Shown piece after piece: positions 51,921 through 61,339 of a stretch of 64,000 nucleotides of DNA. The DNA comes from Kiritimatiellia bacterium (GTDB lineage Bacteria > Verrucomicrobiota > Kiritimatiellia > RZYC01): positions 1,495 to 65,494 of the forward strand of contig JAQVYB010000002.1 of assembly GCA_028708815.1 (NCBI GenBank). Reading direction: 5' to 3'. The notes beneath the pieces are model-generated. The model was not told the origin of the DNA, did not search any database, and saw only the letters and a program-made list of their open reading frames with translations. How positions within the stretch are numbered: position 1 is the first letter of the stretch; the number at the start of each line of letters is the position of its first letter. Made by a program: the position numbers and the translations under genes.

Positions 51921-54158
51921 TTATGTCCATAATGCCTGCCGGATGGTCTCGCAGGAATTCCCGTGCGTTGCGATGGTATCCCGATAGTATTGTGCGTAAC
52001 GATCAGCCATCGCGAGATAATTCAATTCGCGGTAAACGCGTTCCTGACCGCGCAGGCCCATGTTTCTGCGGAGGGTTTCATCGTCCATCAGGCGCTGGAG
52101 TGCGGCCCGTAATTCCGTCACGTTCCCGGGTTCGATAAGGATTCCAGAAACCCCGTCATCCACCACTTCCGGAATACCGCCGGTCCGGCAACCAATTACC
52201 GGCTTGCCGAATTGCATGGCTTCCAGATAAATCAACCCGAATGATTCATACAAAGAGGGTGCTGCAAAAAGGGCACATTCGCGGTAGAGGCGTTGCAGCT
52301 CTTCCTCGGCGACAAACCCATGAAAGTGCACGCGGGAAATCCAGGAGCTGGTGCCGTATTTTTCCAGAAATTCGTCTTTGTAGGCTCTGTCCCGTTCGTT
52401 GGGGATTTGGTCATTGCCCACAATGTCGCATGTCCATTGCGGATGAGATTCCAGAAGGTTTGGCAGCACCTCCAGGAGCGTATGGATGCCCTTGCGCCGT
52501 TCGCAGCGTCCGACGAAAAGGATGTTCTTTTGTTTTTCACCCGGGGTTGCGGGGCGGGGATCTACGGGTACAATCCCCAGGGGAAGAGGGGCGGTACGCC
52601 CGCATACTTCGTCAGGAATGCCCATGAGAGAACGGTAGCTGTCCATTACGCCGGATGAAGGAGAGCACAGGGCATGAGCGTGTGTGATTTGCCAGTGATC
52701 CAGCGCAATCGAAAGGCGCATGTCGCTGTTCCAATCCCATTGCTGTTCAATCACATCCTGGGCAAGCGAGGTAACCAGCAGGAGAATCACCGGATATGCT
52801 CCGCTGCGCAGAACGGCTACCCCCTCAGCATCCCAGTTATTCCCATGAATGACATCGAACACCAACCCCTGTTCGGAGAGTTTTTGCATGCGATGATAGA
52901 CGGCTGTGCTGTAGGCTGTGTTTTTGTTAAGTACGGGAAGATTGGGAAAGGTTGATGGCGCATTGCTGTATTCCTCCTTCGTAATCCCGTGTGCTTCCAG
53001 ACCCAGCCGCAAATAACGGCGTGGTTCGTTGTCTTTGTAAAAGAGATGTACTTCGTGGCCGAGTTCATGAAGGCCAAGGGCCAGATCATACATGTACCGC
53101 CCGATCCCTCCGTAATCTTTATTGATGGGGAGTGTTTGGGAGAGTAATGCAATTCGGAGTGGACTGTTTATGCGGTCGGCTCCAGTTGCGGTGAACGGAA
53201 GAAATGGAGGAGGCGGAGAGAACGTCTGTGTTTTTCTTTTCCAGAAAATCCCGGCAAGACAACCAGCTGCCACGCCGAAATACCAATGACTCAGAATGGA
53301 ATAATAGGTCATTCGAGAGAATGACTTCTTTTTAAAACCTGACTTAATTTCCGGATAGAAATGCTTCTTCTTAGCGTAGTGGAGCGTGCGCGCAAGCCGC
53401 CTCCAGAAGGCCCCTGTTGCGTTCTTCATGGCAAAATAGGTATCGCTTCGCGTGATGACAAAATACTTTTTCGCGAGTGCCTGATTGGATCCGAACACAC
53501 GTTGGGGATAGTGGCGGATTGGATTGTATTCCAAGTGCGTGATTCTGTCTCCGTTCCTAAAGAAGCGCAAACAGACATCGGTTTCATCAGCATAATATTT
53601 GTAGAATTCATCGAACCCGCCAAGAGCGATGAGCTTTTCTCTGTGATAAGCGCAGTTTCCACCGGGCACCCGCAGCACCCATTCCTCCTGATCCGGAGAA
53701 GGGGAGCGCTTCTGTGAACAATCAAAGTGTTGAAACCCGTAACATGTTGTTAACCCACCATTGTATTCCGTCCATTCAGAGTCCCCAACCAGCACTTTCC
53801 CGCCAACAGCGGCAAGATGGTCATCCTTTTCAAAGGCATCCACAAAACGTTTCAACCAGGATGAATCACCAGGTAGTGCATCATCATCAAGAAAGGCCAC
53901 CAGATCGCCTGCCGCTTGGGCTATGCCGATATTTCTGGAAACGGAAAGATTACAGACAGGGCACCCAACATGTTTTATCCGTCCCTTGTACTCCGCCAGC
54001 ACGGATTCCGTGTCATCGCTGGAGGGCCCGTTCACCACGACAACCTCAAACACCGCGCCGTCCAGGTGGTCCAGACTGGGCAGAAGATTGCGCAGGTACT
54101 TCGCCCGGTTGTAGGTGTTAATGATTACGGAGCAGGTGAGTGTTTTTTTTTCAGGCAT
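51921..54158 (-). CDS. bifunctional GT2 / GT1 glycosyltransferase (paralogue of 44237-46417)
   Basis: CSVIINTYNRAKYL...VVVVNGPSSDDT...FLDDDALP, then ILFVGRCERRKGIHTLL...FAAPSLYESFGLIYLEAMQFGKPVIG. Confidence 0.85.
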   Translation of the reverse strand: MPEKKTLTCSVIINTYNRAKYLRNLLPSLDHLDGAVFEVVVVNGPSSDDTESVLAEYKGRIKHVGCPVCNLSVSRNIGIAQAAGDLVAFLDDDALPGDSSWLKRFVDAFEKDDHLAAVGGKVLVGDSEWTEYNGGLTTCYGFQHFDCSQKRSPSPDQEEWVLRVPGGNCAYHREKLIALGGFDEFYKYYADETDVCLRFFRNGDRITHLEYNPIRHYPQRVFGSNQALAKKYFVITRSDTYFAMKNATGAFWRRLARTLHYAKKKHFYPEIKSGFKKKSFSRMTYYSILSHWYFGVAAGCLAGIFWKRKTQTFSPPPPFLPFTATGADRINSPLRIALLSQTLPINKDYGGIGRYMYDLALGLHELGHEVHLFYKDNEPRRYLRLGLEAHGITKEEYSNAPSTFPNLPVLNKNTAYSTAVYHRMQKLSEQGLVFDVIHGNNWDAEGVAVLRSGAYPVILLLVTSLAQDVIEQQWDWNSDMRLSIALDHWQITHAHALCSPSSGVMDSYRSLMGIPDEVCGRTAPLPLGIVPVDPRPATPGEKQKNILFVGRCERRKGIHTLLEVLPNLLESHPQWTCDIVGNDQIPNERDRAYKDEFLEKYGTSSWISRVHFHGFVAEEELQRLYRECALFAAPSLYESFGLIYLEAMQFGKPVIGCRTGGIPEVVDDGVSGILIEPGNVTELRAALQRLMDDETLRRNMGLRGQERVYRELNYLAMADRYAQYYRDTIATHGNSCETIRQALWT

Positions 54159-55857
54159 GGTCGGATGGCTCCAGAGTGAAAAGAAGCGGGGACAAGGTTT
54201 CGCTTTGCAGGTAATCCACGGCGGCTTTCAGCCGCTCCGAAACAGCAGGCTCGGAAAATCGATGAATGTTTTTGTACTGGGCGGTGATGATTTGTCGGCG
54301 GAACAGGACGTCGTGTCGGAGTCGGTACAGCAGATCGGCCAGAGCGGGGATGTCCCAGCGGGGAACGCAAAGCGTGTCAGGTCCCATGGTCTCCGGGACC
54401 GCAGCGGCAGCCAGACCAAGCACCGGAAGATTCAGCGCCATGGATTGGACGATCGGTACGCAGAATCCCTCATGTTCGGAGGCGCTGATGAACACGTGAG
54501 CGCCGCGATAGAAGGCGAACATCTCCTCATCGGTCACGCTGCCGGTGAAGTGAATGTTTCGCCCGGAATCCATCATGTTGCGCAGGCGTTCCAGTTCATG
54601 GCGGTAGTTGGGGTCCTGGCGGTCGTTTCCGACCAGCCAGAGATGCGCGCGTGAATCCGTGAATCGGTAGTAATGATCAAAAAGTGCCATTAAGTTCTCC
54701 TGGCGCTTGTTGCGGGCGATTCGTCCAACAAAAAGAAAATGTGTCGCGCCGCTATCCGCTTGCAGCGACTGCACACGCGCCGCATTGAAGGGTCGAGCCT
54801 GCAGGTTGGCGGAATCCAGGAACGGCGGAACGATCAGGGCCGGTCTGGGGGCGTGTAGGTAGGGGCGCAGGGTTTCCAGATTGTAGATGGAGACCCCGAT
54901 AAAAAGATCAAAGCGGTTTACAATCCGGCCAAGTTGTCGGTAGCCCAGTGCGCAGGTGTTATGGCAGCGGGAACCGCTCGGGAAGAAATCCGGCGGGGTG
55001 ATGTTGTGGTAGTACATCGCCTTTTTGCCGCGAACTTTGTTCAACAGCCAGACGTCGGGGTTGTAATTCCAGTGGTGAAAGAGCACGGTACAATTCGGGT
55101 CTCGAAAAAAGTCCAGAACAGGTCGGATCTCATGCGCCAGTTCATGCGGGTAATGGCGAGCCACTATTTTCGGGTCGACTCCCATCGGCGCGAGAAGCCG
55201 GGCATTGTCGCGCGTAATGTTGCTGACGGCGTCGCGCGTGGTCAATGCGGTCATGACCTGGCATATCCGTCCGGTATTATCGGAAGCGGGAGGGGGGGGG
55301 GCCGTAGCCTCGCGGCAGGGGCGACCCGTTTCGCTGCCGTAGGCGCATCGCACAGGTCCGAAGGACTTCCATAAAAATTCCGCCCTTCTCATGCGGGCCT
55401 CAATCATTCCCGCAAACTCGGCGCATCGTTCCTGAAGGATTTGGGTCCAGTGTATTTCTGCCGGAGTGAGGCCGTCGGTGGTTGGGGCTTCCCAGGCCGA
55501 GAGAACAATGGGGACTTCGGCGTGCAGGAGTGCAACATATCCCAGCGCTTGGTCGATCGGTACGTCGAGGACCTCAAACGGCGACTCCCCGTGAAGCTGT
55601 TGCCACTTTTCATAGAGGGCCTGTCCGTCTCGCAGGACTCGATTGATCATGGGGTGCGTGGAGTAAATACGGATTTCCGCCGCTCGGACTTCATGACAGG
55701 TAAACCCGCCGTCGACGAGGGTCTGGTGATCCTGTGTACCCACGTAGAGGACATGCACATCATGTCCGGCCCGGGCGAGGGTGGTGCACGCGCTGTTCAC
55801 CGTGAACCGGAACCCGGTCGAATCAGATGGGAAAGGGCTGATCAGTGCAATTCTCAT
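54151..55857 (-). CDS. family 1 glycosyltransferase
   Basis: MRIALISPFP... N-terminal GT-B half, then FLFVGRIARNKRQENL...FISASEHEGFCVPIVQSMALNLPVLG. ATG 55857 overlaps the upstream stop (ATGA). Confidence 0.8.
   Translation of the reverse strand: MRIALISPFPSDSTGFRFTVNSACTTLARAGHDVHVLYVGTQDHQTLVDGGFTCHEVRAAEIRIYSTHPMINRVLRDGQALYEKWQQLHGESPFEVLDVPIDQALGYVALLHAEVPIVLSAWEAPTTDGLTPAEIHWTQILQERCAEFAGMIEARMRRAEFLWKSFGPVRCAYGSETGRPCREATAPPPPASDNTGRICQVMTALTTRDAVSNITRDNARLLAPMGVDPKIVARHYPHELAHEIRPVLDFFRDPNCTVLFHHWNYNPDVWLLNKVRGKKAMYYHNITPPDFFPSGSRCHNTCALGYRQLGRIVNRFDLFIGVSIYNLETLRPYLHAPRPALIVPPFLDSANLQARPFNAARVQSLQADSGATHFLFVGRIARNKRQENLMALFDHYYRFTDSRAHLWLVGNDRQDPNYRHELERLRNMMDSGRNIHFTGSVTDEEMFAFYRGAHVFISASEHEGFCVPIVQSMALNLPVLGLAAAAVPETMGPDTLCVPRWDIPALADLLYRLRHDVLFRRQIITAQYKNIHRFSEPAVSERLKAAVDYLQSETLSPLLFTLEPSDHA
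55292..55301. repeat. G10 (coding-strand C10) homopolymer inside the GT1 gene
   Basis: The sequence aggggggggggcc encodes the APPPPA segment of the GT1 protein. Confidence 0.9.
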
Positions 55858-57059
55858 GGCGCAACGGCGACCAGTTCCATTTCCGGGCAATGCCCGTTCA
55901 TGCGTTCTGCTTCCACTACGGTGACGGAGGCAAAGCCGCAATCCTTCAAGAGAGCAGAAAGCGTTTCCGGCGTATACATGGCGTAATGGTCATCCCCGTC
56001 ATAATCCTGCGCGCCGAAGGTGATTTGTTTGAAGGCGGCAAGGGTCATGGTTCCGGCGTGGAGATGATTCAGCATGGCTTCCCAGTTGGGGCAGACGATT
56101 CGCAGGCATCCGCCGGACCTCAGCAGTTTCATCCACTGCGGGACGATGGTTTGGCGCAATTGCTGTTCGCGGAAATGCTCCACCAGGTGCTCGGAGGTGA
56201 TTTCATCCAGCGAAGCGGGTTCAAACGGGAGGGTCCGGATGTCGGCCACCACATCCACGCCCGGCAGTTCTGCGCGGTCTACGTTGAGGTAGTCGGGTTT
56301 GGGTTTCTCGCCGCAGCCGAGGTTGATCCGTATGCTTCCACCCATCGCTGCGATTTTCTGCTGGTAGGCGTTTTCATCCGGGATGCGTGGGGGAGGGATA
56401 TTTTCCAGGGGGGAGGAGCTGCCGACACTCTGCTGCTCGCGCACGGCGAGGGAAAGGCGCATTAGTTTGGCTTCGACCAGTCGAATCCAGTCTCCGTTTC
56501 CGCGCGTTTCTTTGGATACGGAATCCAACCATTTTGTGGTGCCGCGATATTCGTGTTCCAACTGTTTCAGTTGGTTGCCGAGTTCGATAATCTGCGATTC
56601 GCTTGCGGCCAGATCGTCCAGCCGCTGGTTCGTTTGATCAAGCATTTCACTGATTCGCCGGTCCTGATAGCGCTGGTAGTCGGCAATAGCCCGCATGTGT
56701 TCGGTTTGATGGATCAGGGCGTCGAGGGTGTCGGCGATGTGCTTATTGAACTGTTCCTGTTTTTTTCCAAAGAAGAACAGCGGGATATTCATCAGATAAG
56801 CGATCTTGGAAAGGAGGCGCCCACCGAGTACAAAATACGGGGCGTGGAGAGAACGAAGCCCGCCAACGAGCTGCCGAAGCGGTGCGGCGTCCGGGGGATC
56901 ACAAGGCGGATCAAAGCGCTGTAGGGCGGCCCGAGCGGACGCTTCGTCGCCGGAAACGGGGACCCGCAGCAGATTTTCATCTATTTTCCGGAGAATATCC
57001 GCCAGTTCCTGTCCGTCGCGTTTGATATCGAAAAAAGTGTGGGTCGATTGCTCATTCAT
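55854..57059 (-). CDS. coiled-coil protein with C-terminal class I SAM methyltransferase domain
   Basis: INLGCGEKPKPDYLNVD...ITSEHLVEHF...LRSGGCLRIVCPN. Start ambiguous: ATG 57059, or TTG 57158 as tracked. Confidence 0.7.
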   Translation of the reverse strand: MNEQSTHTFFDIKRDGQELADILRKIDENLLRVPVSGDEASARAALQRFDPPCDPPDAAPLRQLVGGLRSLHAPYFVLGGRLLSKIAYLMNIPLFFFGKKQEQFNKHIADTLDALIHQTEHMRAIADYQRYQDRRISEMLDQTNQRLDDLAASESQIIELGNQLKQLEHEYRGTTKWLDSVSKETRGNGDWIRLVEAKLMRLSLAVREQQSVGSSSPLENIPPPRIPDENAYQQKIAAMGGSIRINLGCGEKPKPDYLNVDRAELPGVDVVADIRTLPFEPASLDEITSEHLVEHFREQQLRQTIVPQWMKLLRSGGCLRIVCPNWEAMLNHLHAGTMTLAAFKQITFGAQDYDGDDHYAMYTPETLSALLKDCGFASVTVVEAERMNGHCPEMELVAVAP

Positions 57060-57313
57060 TGGGAACGCCGCTCCTGGGACAAATTGGTTTGTAACATAAG
57101 ACTTAGCTGAAAGCGCCTGGTTTGGCAACCATTCAAGTGGGTCGCCTTCCTGACGCAACGAACAGGAGAAAAAGGTCTTTTTGATTCGATATCCCCCGCC
57201 CCGGGAGTAAACCGTCTTATAAACAAGGTTGACACAAAGGCGCGGGGTGTGGTGTATTCCCGCTCATTTCCGGGCGGAGGGGATGTGTTTTTGAGTGAGG
57301 AAGGGTTGTGTGA

Positions 57314-59125
57314 ATGGTCAAGTGTTCAGGATGGATATTGGTTTTGTTTTGTTTTGCGTTCGGGGTGTTCCCGGCGTGTTGGGGGGTGGCGCAGGAGGTG
57401 TATACGGCGCCGGAGGTGGTGGTGAGTGCGTCGGAAACGGATGCGGCTTTTACGGATCCGGAGGGTGGCTTGGCAGCGCAGGCGGCCGTTCTGCCGGGGG
57501 TTGTGCTGGATGCTCAGGGCGGGCCGGGCGGCCAGGGGGATCTGCGGATTCGGGGCGGCGCGTTCAGCGGGGCCGGTTTATCCGTGAACGGGCTCTCGCT
57601 CGGGAATGCGCAGACGGAGCATTTCAATGCGGAGCTTCCTTTGGCGGCGACGTTGTTTGATGAACCGTTTGTGCTGACAGGGGTTGAGCAGGCCTTGCAG
57701 GCAGAGGGGCATTTGAATGGTACGGTCAGCCTGAGGTTGCGTCCGATGGCGTTCTGCACGGAGGGCGAGGCGGGAATCGGGGCATATGAGAGCGGGTGGT
57801 TGCGCGGTTGCACGGCACAACGCGTGATGACTTCGGCCTCGGGCGGTCGGCTCGGGGTGGCGGCGTTTGGAGGTTATGACCGTTTCAATCATGTGAACGA
57901 TGAGGATAATGATAACGAGGGAGTGCTGGGAGGCGGTCAGGTTCAGTGGTTGCGCGGGGATGTGCAGGCGGATGCCGTGGCCGGATATCGGGAAAAGTCT
58001 TTCGGAGCGCGTGGTTACTACGGCGTGCATCCGGATTATCCGGCGGATGAGAAGACGAAGGATTTTCTGCTGTTGGGTTCGTTGAGGCAAGGCACGGAGG
58101 AGAAATACACGGAAGGATCGGCGGCATACCGGGATTTTAATGATGATTACCGATTGGAGCTGCCGACATCGCTGTATCATAACGAACACCGCACCCGTAC
58201 GGTATCGGCACAGGTCGGCGGGCGGAAACCGTTTTCCGATTGGGCGGGGGGCGTGTGGCGTTTGAGCGCGGATCAGGAGGAGCTGACGAGCGAGTCACTG
58301 GGGGATCACCGGCGGAGTCATGCCGCGCTGACACTGATTCCGGAGGTGCGGTTGAAGGCGTGGTGTTTTGCGGCGGGTGTGCGGCAGGAATGGTTCGAAC
58401 GGGAGGAACCGGCGATGCTTCCGCAGGTTTCGGTGCAGTGGGAGGGGGTGTACGGTCAGTTGGTGGAGTTGGCCTGGAGTCGAACGGTGCGGCAGCCTTC
58501 GTATACGGAATTGAATTATGAATCACCGGCGAGTCTGGGGCAGGAGGGTTTGGATAATCAGTTTGCCGATACGCTGGAGCTGCATTGGAAGCTGGCGCGC
58601 GATGTGTGGAGTTTGGAGATCGGGCCGTTCGCGCGGGAAACGAGGGATACGGTGGATTGGGTGCGCCCGACGGAGGCGTCGACGCGGTGGCTGGCTGAAA
58701 ATGTCGGTACGGTTCGGGCGCTGGGCGCGGATGGTTCTGCGGTGTGGATGGTGCGGGAGGATTTGCGTTTGCGGGCGGATGGCATGTGGATGAGTCAGTC
58801 GGACAATGCGGATATTTATGCGAGCCGCTATGCGCTGGATTATATGCGGGTGCTGGTGCGGGTGCATGCGCAGTGGCAGGTGACGCACCGGGTGGATTGC
58901 GCGTTCAGTCAGGGGTACCGCCTTCAGGCGGAAAATCCGATGCGCGGACATGGTGACGAGCAGTGGCTCGCGGCGTTGCGGTTGGGGGTGCGCCTGCCGG
59001 GGTGCCGGGATGTGCGGTTGGTGCTTTCAGTGGAAAATTTGTGGGACGATGATTTCGAGGAGTTCCCGGGCCAGGCCACGGCCACGGGACGCCGCGTTTA
59101 CGCGGGGGTGACGGCTGTTTTCTGA
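57314..59125 (+). CDS. TonB-dependent outer-membrane receptor (small, 603 aa)
   Basis: Signal peptide, plug motifs (APEVVVSASE...LPGVVLDAQGGPGGQGDLRIRGG...VNGLSL), beta-barrel repeats and a terminal aromatic residue (AGVTAVF). Confidence 0.8.
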   Translation: MVKCSGWILVLFCFAFGVFPACWGVAQEVYTAPEVVVSASETDAAFTDPEGGLAAQAAVLPGVVLDAQGGPGGQGDLRIRGGAFSGAGLSVNGLSLGNAQTEHFNAELPLAATLFDEPFVLTGVEQALQAEGHLNGTVSLRLRPMAFCTEGEAGIGAYESGWLRGCTAQRVMTSASGGRLGVAAFGGYDRFNHVNDEDNDNEGVLGGGQVQWLRGDVQADAVAGYREKSFGARGYYGVHPDYPADEKTKDFLLLGSLRQGTEEKYTEGSAAYRDFNDDYRLELPTSLYHNEHRTRTVSAQVGGRKPFSDWAGGVWRLSADQEELTSESLGDHRRSHAALTLIPEVRLKAWCFAAGVRQEWFEREEPAMLPQVSVQWEGVYGQLVELAWSRTVRQPSYTELNYESPASLGQEGLDNQFADTLELHWKLARDVWSLEIGPFARETRDTVDWVRPTEASTRWLAENVGTVRALGADGSAVWMVREDLRLRADGMWMSQSDNADIYASRYALDYMRVLVRVHAQWQVTHRVDCAFSQGYRLQAENPMRGHGDEQWLAALRLGVRLPGCRDVRLVLSVENLWDDDFEEFPGQATATGRRVYAGVTAVF

Positions 59126-61233
59126 GCGGTGCGGTTCGCGTCGGGTTTTGCGTGTTGGCGGGGGGCAGACTTTTTCGTTGGGGTGTTTTGTTGTTCGCGG
59201 CGGGGGCATTCCACGTCCATGAGGGCGCCGGTGCGGGTGAGGCGCAGGGCACGCGGGCCAATGTTCGGCAGGTTGACGGGGCGCAGCAGGACATGCAGTT
59301 GAAGCAACTCGCGCAGCTGGTGATCGTTCAGGGCGAGTTCTTTGTAGGTGCGCCAGAGCACGTAGGTGCAGCCTTCCTTCCAATGCGAGCAGCCAATGCC
59401 CTTTTTGCCGGCGATGAGTTCGGCGCCGCAGAGGGGACAGCGTCCCCAGCGGGCCGGGTTCACGCGGGCGGCGACGGCGCCGCGCACGAGCTGGGCGGTG
59501 TAGTCGGCAATGGCCCGCATGAAGGCTTCGGGGGCATAGGTGCCTCGCTCGATGCGGTGGAGTTTCTCTTCCCATTCGCCGGTCATTTCGGGCGACTTGA
59601 GAAGGTTGTCCTGCAGGAGGGAGATGAGGAAGCGGCCCATGTCGGTGGCGAGTATGGTTTTCTTTTCGCGTCGGATGTAATTTCTTCGCAGAAGGGTTTC
59701 AATGATGGCGGCGCGGGTGGCGGGTGTGCCGATGCCGCTTTCCTTGAGGGCCTCGCGGAGGGTTTCATCTTCCACGAATTTGCCGGCGGACTCCATGGCG
59801 GCGAGGAGTGAATTTTCGGTGTAGTGTTTCGGGGGTTTTGTTTTGCCCTCGCGTACGGCGGGTTCGTGGGGGCCCTGCTCGCCGGCGGTGAAGGCGGGCA
59901 GTTCCTGGTCGTCCTCTTCCTTTTTCCTGGGCGCGGGGAAGAGGGCGGTCCAGCCGGGTTGGAGGATGACGGTGCCTTTGGCCTGAAAGGGCACGCCGTT
60001 GCTTTCGCCATCCACGGTGGTGACTTCCTTTTCGCAGTCGGGATAGAAGGCGGCGATGAGCTGCACCAGGATGGCATCGTAGACCTGCTGTGCGCGTTTA
60101 TCGAGGGCATGCGGCGGGACGCCGGTGGGGATGATGGCGTGGTGATCTTTCACTTTTTCGTTGTCGGTGATGCGCTTGGAAAAGGCGAGGTGTTCGAGAT
60201 CGAGTGCGGCGATGGCTTTGGGCTGAAGGGCGGCGAGGTCGTGCAGGATGCGGGGGATGCGCGGCTCGATGTCGGCGGTGAGGTAGCGCGAATCGGTTCG
60301 GGGATAGGTGATGACCTTCTGTTCGTAGAGGGTTTGGGCAATGGAAAGGGTCTGGGCGGCGGAGAGGTTGTAGCGGCGGTTCATGTCGCGCTGAAGGGCG
60401 GTGAGGTCGTAGAGCTGCGGGGAGCGGTCGGTTTTTTTTGCACCTTTGATGGAGCGGATGATGAAGGGCTGCCCCTGAATGGCGGCGAGTTGTTCGTTGG
60501 CCTTGGAGGGATCGGTGAAGCGTTCGCCGGTATATTTGAAGAGGACTTTGCGGTAGACCGTGGTGAGTTCCCAGAAGGGTTGCGTGTTGAAAAGATCGAT
60601 GTCGTCGTCGCGCTCGACGATCAGGGCGAGTACGGGAGTCTGGACGCGTCCGAGGCTCCACAGCACGCGGTCGCCGCCGCCTGCCGTGCCGTAGCGTACG
60701 GTGTGGCAGCGGGTGGCGTTGAGGCCGACGATCCAGTCGGACTCACTGCGGCATCGGGCGGCGGCGTAGAGGGCGTCGTAGTCGTGTCCGTCCCGCAGAC
60801 GGGCGAAGGCGTCGCGGACGGCTTCGGTGGTGAGGGAGTTGAGCCAGAGGCGTCGGAAGGGTTTGTCTTTGCATCCGGCGAGATCGGCGAGGTAGCGGAA
60901 GATGAGTTCGCCCTCCCGCCCGGCATCGGTTGCGCAGATGATGTCGTCGGCTTCGTTCAGCAGGCGCTGAATGACTTCGAACTGTTCTTTGACGCCCCTG
61001 TTCTGAATGAGTTTAAGGCGGAAGGCTTCAGGAATGAAAGGGAGCGTTTGCAGGTTCCAGCTCTTGAGTTCGGGGGCGTAGTCGCCGGGTTCCAGGAGGG
61101 TGACGAGATGCCCAAAGGCCCAGGTTACGGCGCAGCCCTTGCCTTCGAGGTAGCCGTCGCGCTTCGTTTTGATACCCCATACGGCGGCAATGTCGCGCGC
61201 CACGGAGGGCTTTTCTGTTAGGATAACTTTCAT
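59098..61233 (-). CDS. topB: DNA topoisomerase III
   Basis: MKVILTEKPSVARDIA...VTWAFGHL (Toprim), ITYPRTDSRYL (active-site Tyr), and a C-terminal zinc ribbon CPLCGAEL...CSHWKEGC. Confidence 0.9.
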   Translation of the reverse strand: MKVILTEKPSVARDIAAVWGIKTKRDGYLEGKGCAVTWAFGHLVTLLEPGDYAPELKSWNLQTLPFIPEAFRLKLIQNRGVKEQFEVIQRLLNEADDIICATDAGREGELIFRYLADLAGCKDKPFRRLWLNSLTTEAVRDAFARLRDGHDYDALYAAARCRSESDWIVGLNATRCHTVRYGTAGGGDRVLWSLGRVQTPVLALIVERDDDIDLFNTQPFWELTTVYRKVLFKYTGERFTDPSKANEQLAAIQGQPFIIRSIKGAKKTDRSPQLYDLTALQRDMNRRYNLSAAQTLSIAQTLYEQKVITYPRTDSRYLTADIEPRIPRILHDLAALQPKAIAALDLEHLAFSKRITDNEKVKDHHAIIPTGVPPHALDKRAQQVYDAILVQLIAAFYPDCEKEVTTVDGESNGVPFQAKGTVILQPGWTALFPAPRKKEEDDQELPAFTAGEQGPHEPAVREGKTKPPKHYTENSLLAAMESAGKFVEDETLREALKESGIGTPATRAAIIETLLRRNYIRREKKTILATDMGRFLISLLQDNLLKSPEMTGEWEEKLHRIERGTYAPEAFMRAIADYTAQLVRGAVAARVNPARWGRCPLCGAELIAGKKGIGCSHWKEGCTYVLWRTYKELALNDHQLRELLQLHVLLRPVNLPNIGPRALRLTRTGALMDVECPRREQQNTPTKKSAPRQHAKPDANRTAQKTAVTPA

Positions 61234-61339
61234 GTTTCTGAAATCTGCCCGCTGGTGTAGTCTCCGTTATACACAGATTGGGAGGGGTTATGGAAGAACA
61301 GAATAGCGCCGGGAGCGGTCGGGGGAGCGAAAAAAAAGT

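Noticed and set aside
57159-57313. Possible cobalamin or other riboswitch upstream of the small TonB-dependent receptor.
   Set aside because: The region is only 155 nt including a putative promoter (TTGACA at 57229-57234). No B12-box-like or other conserved riboswitch core was recognisable.
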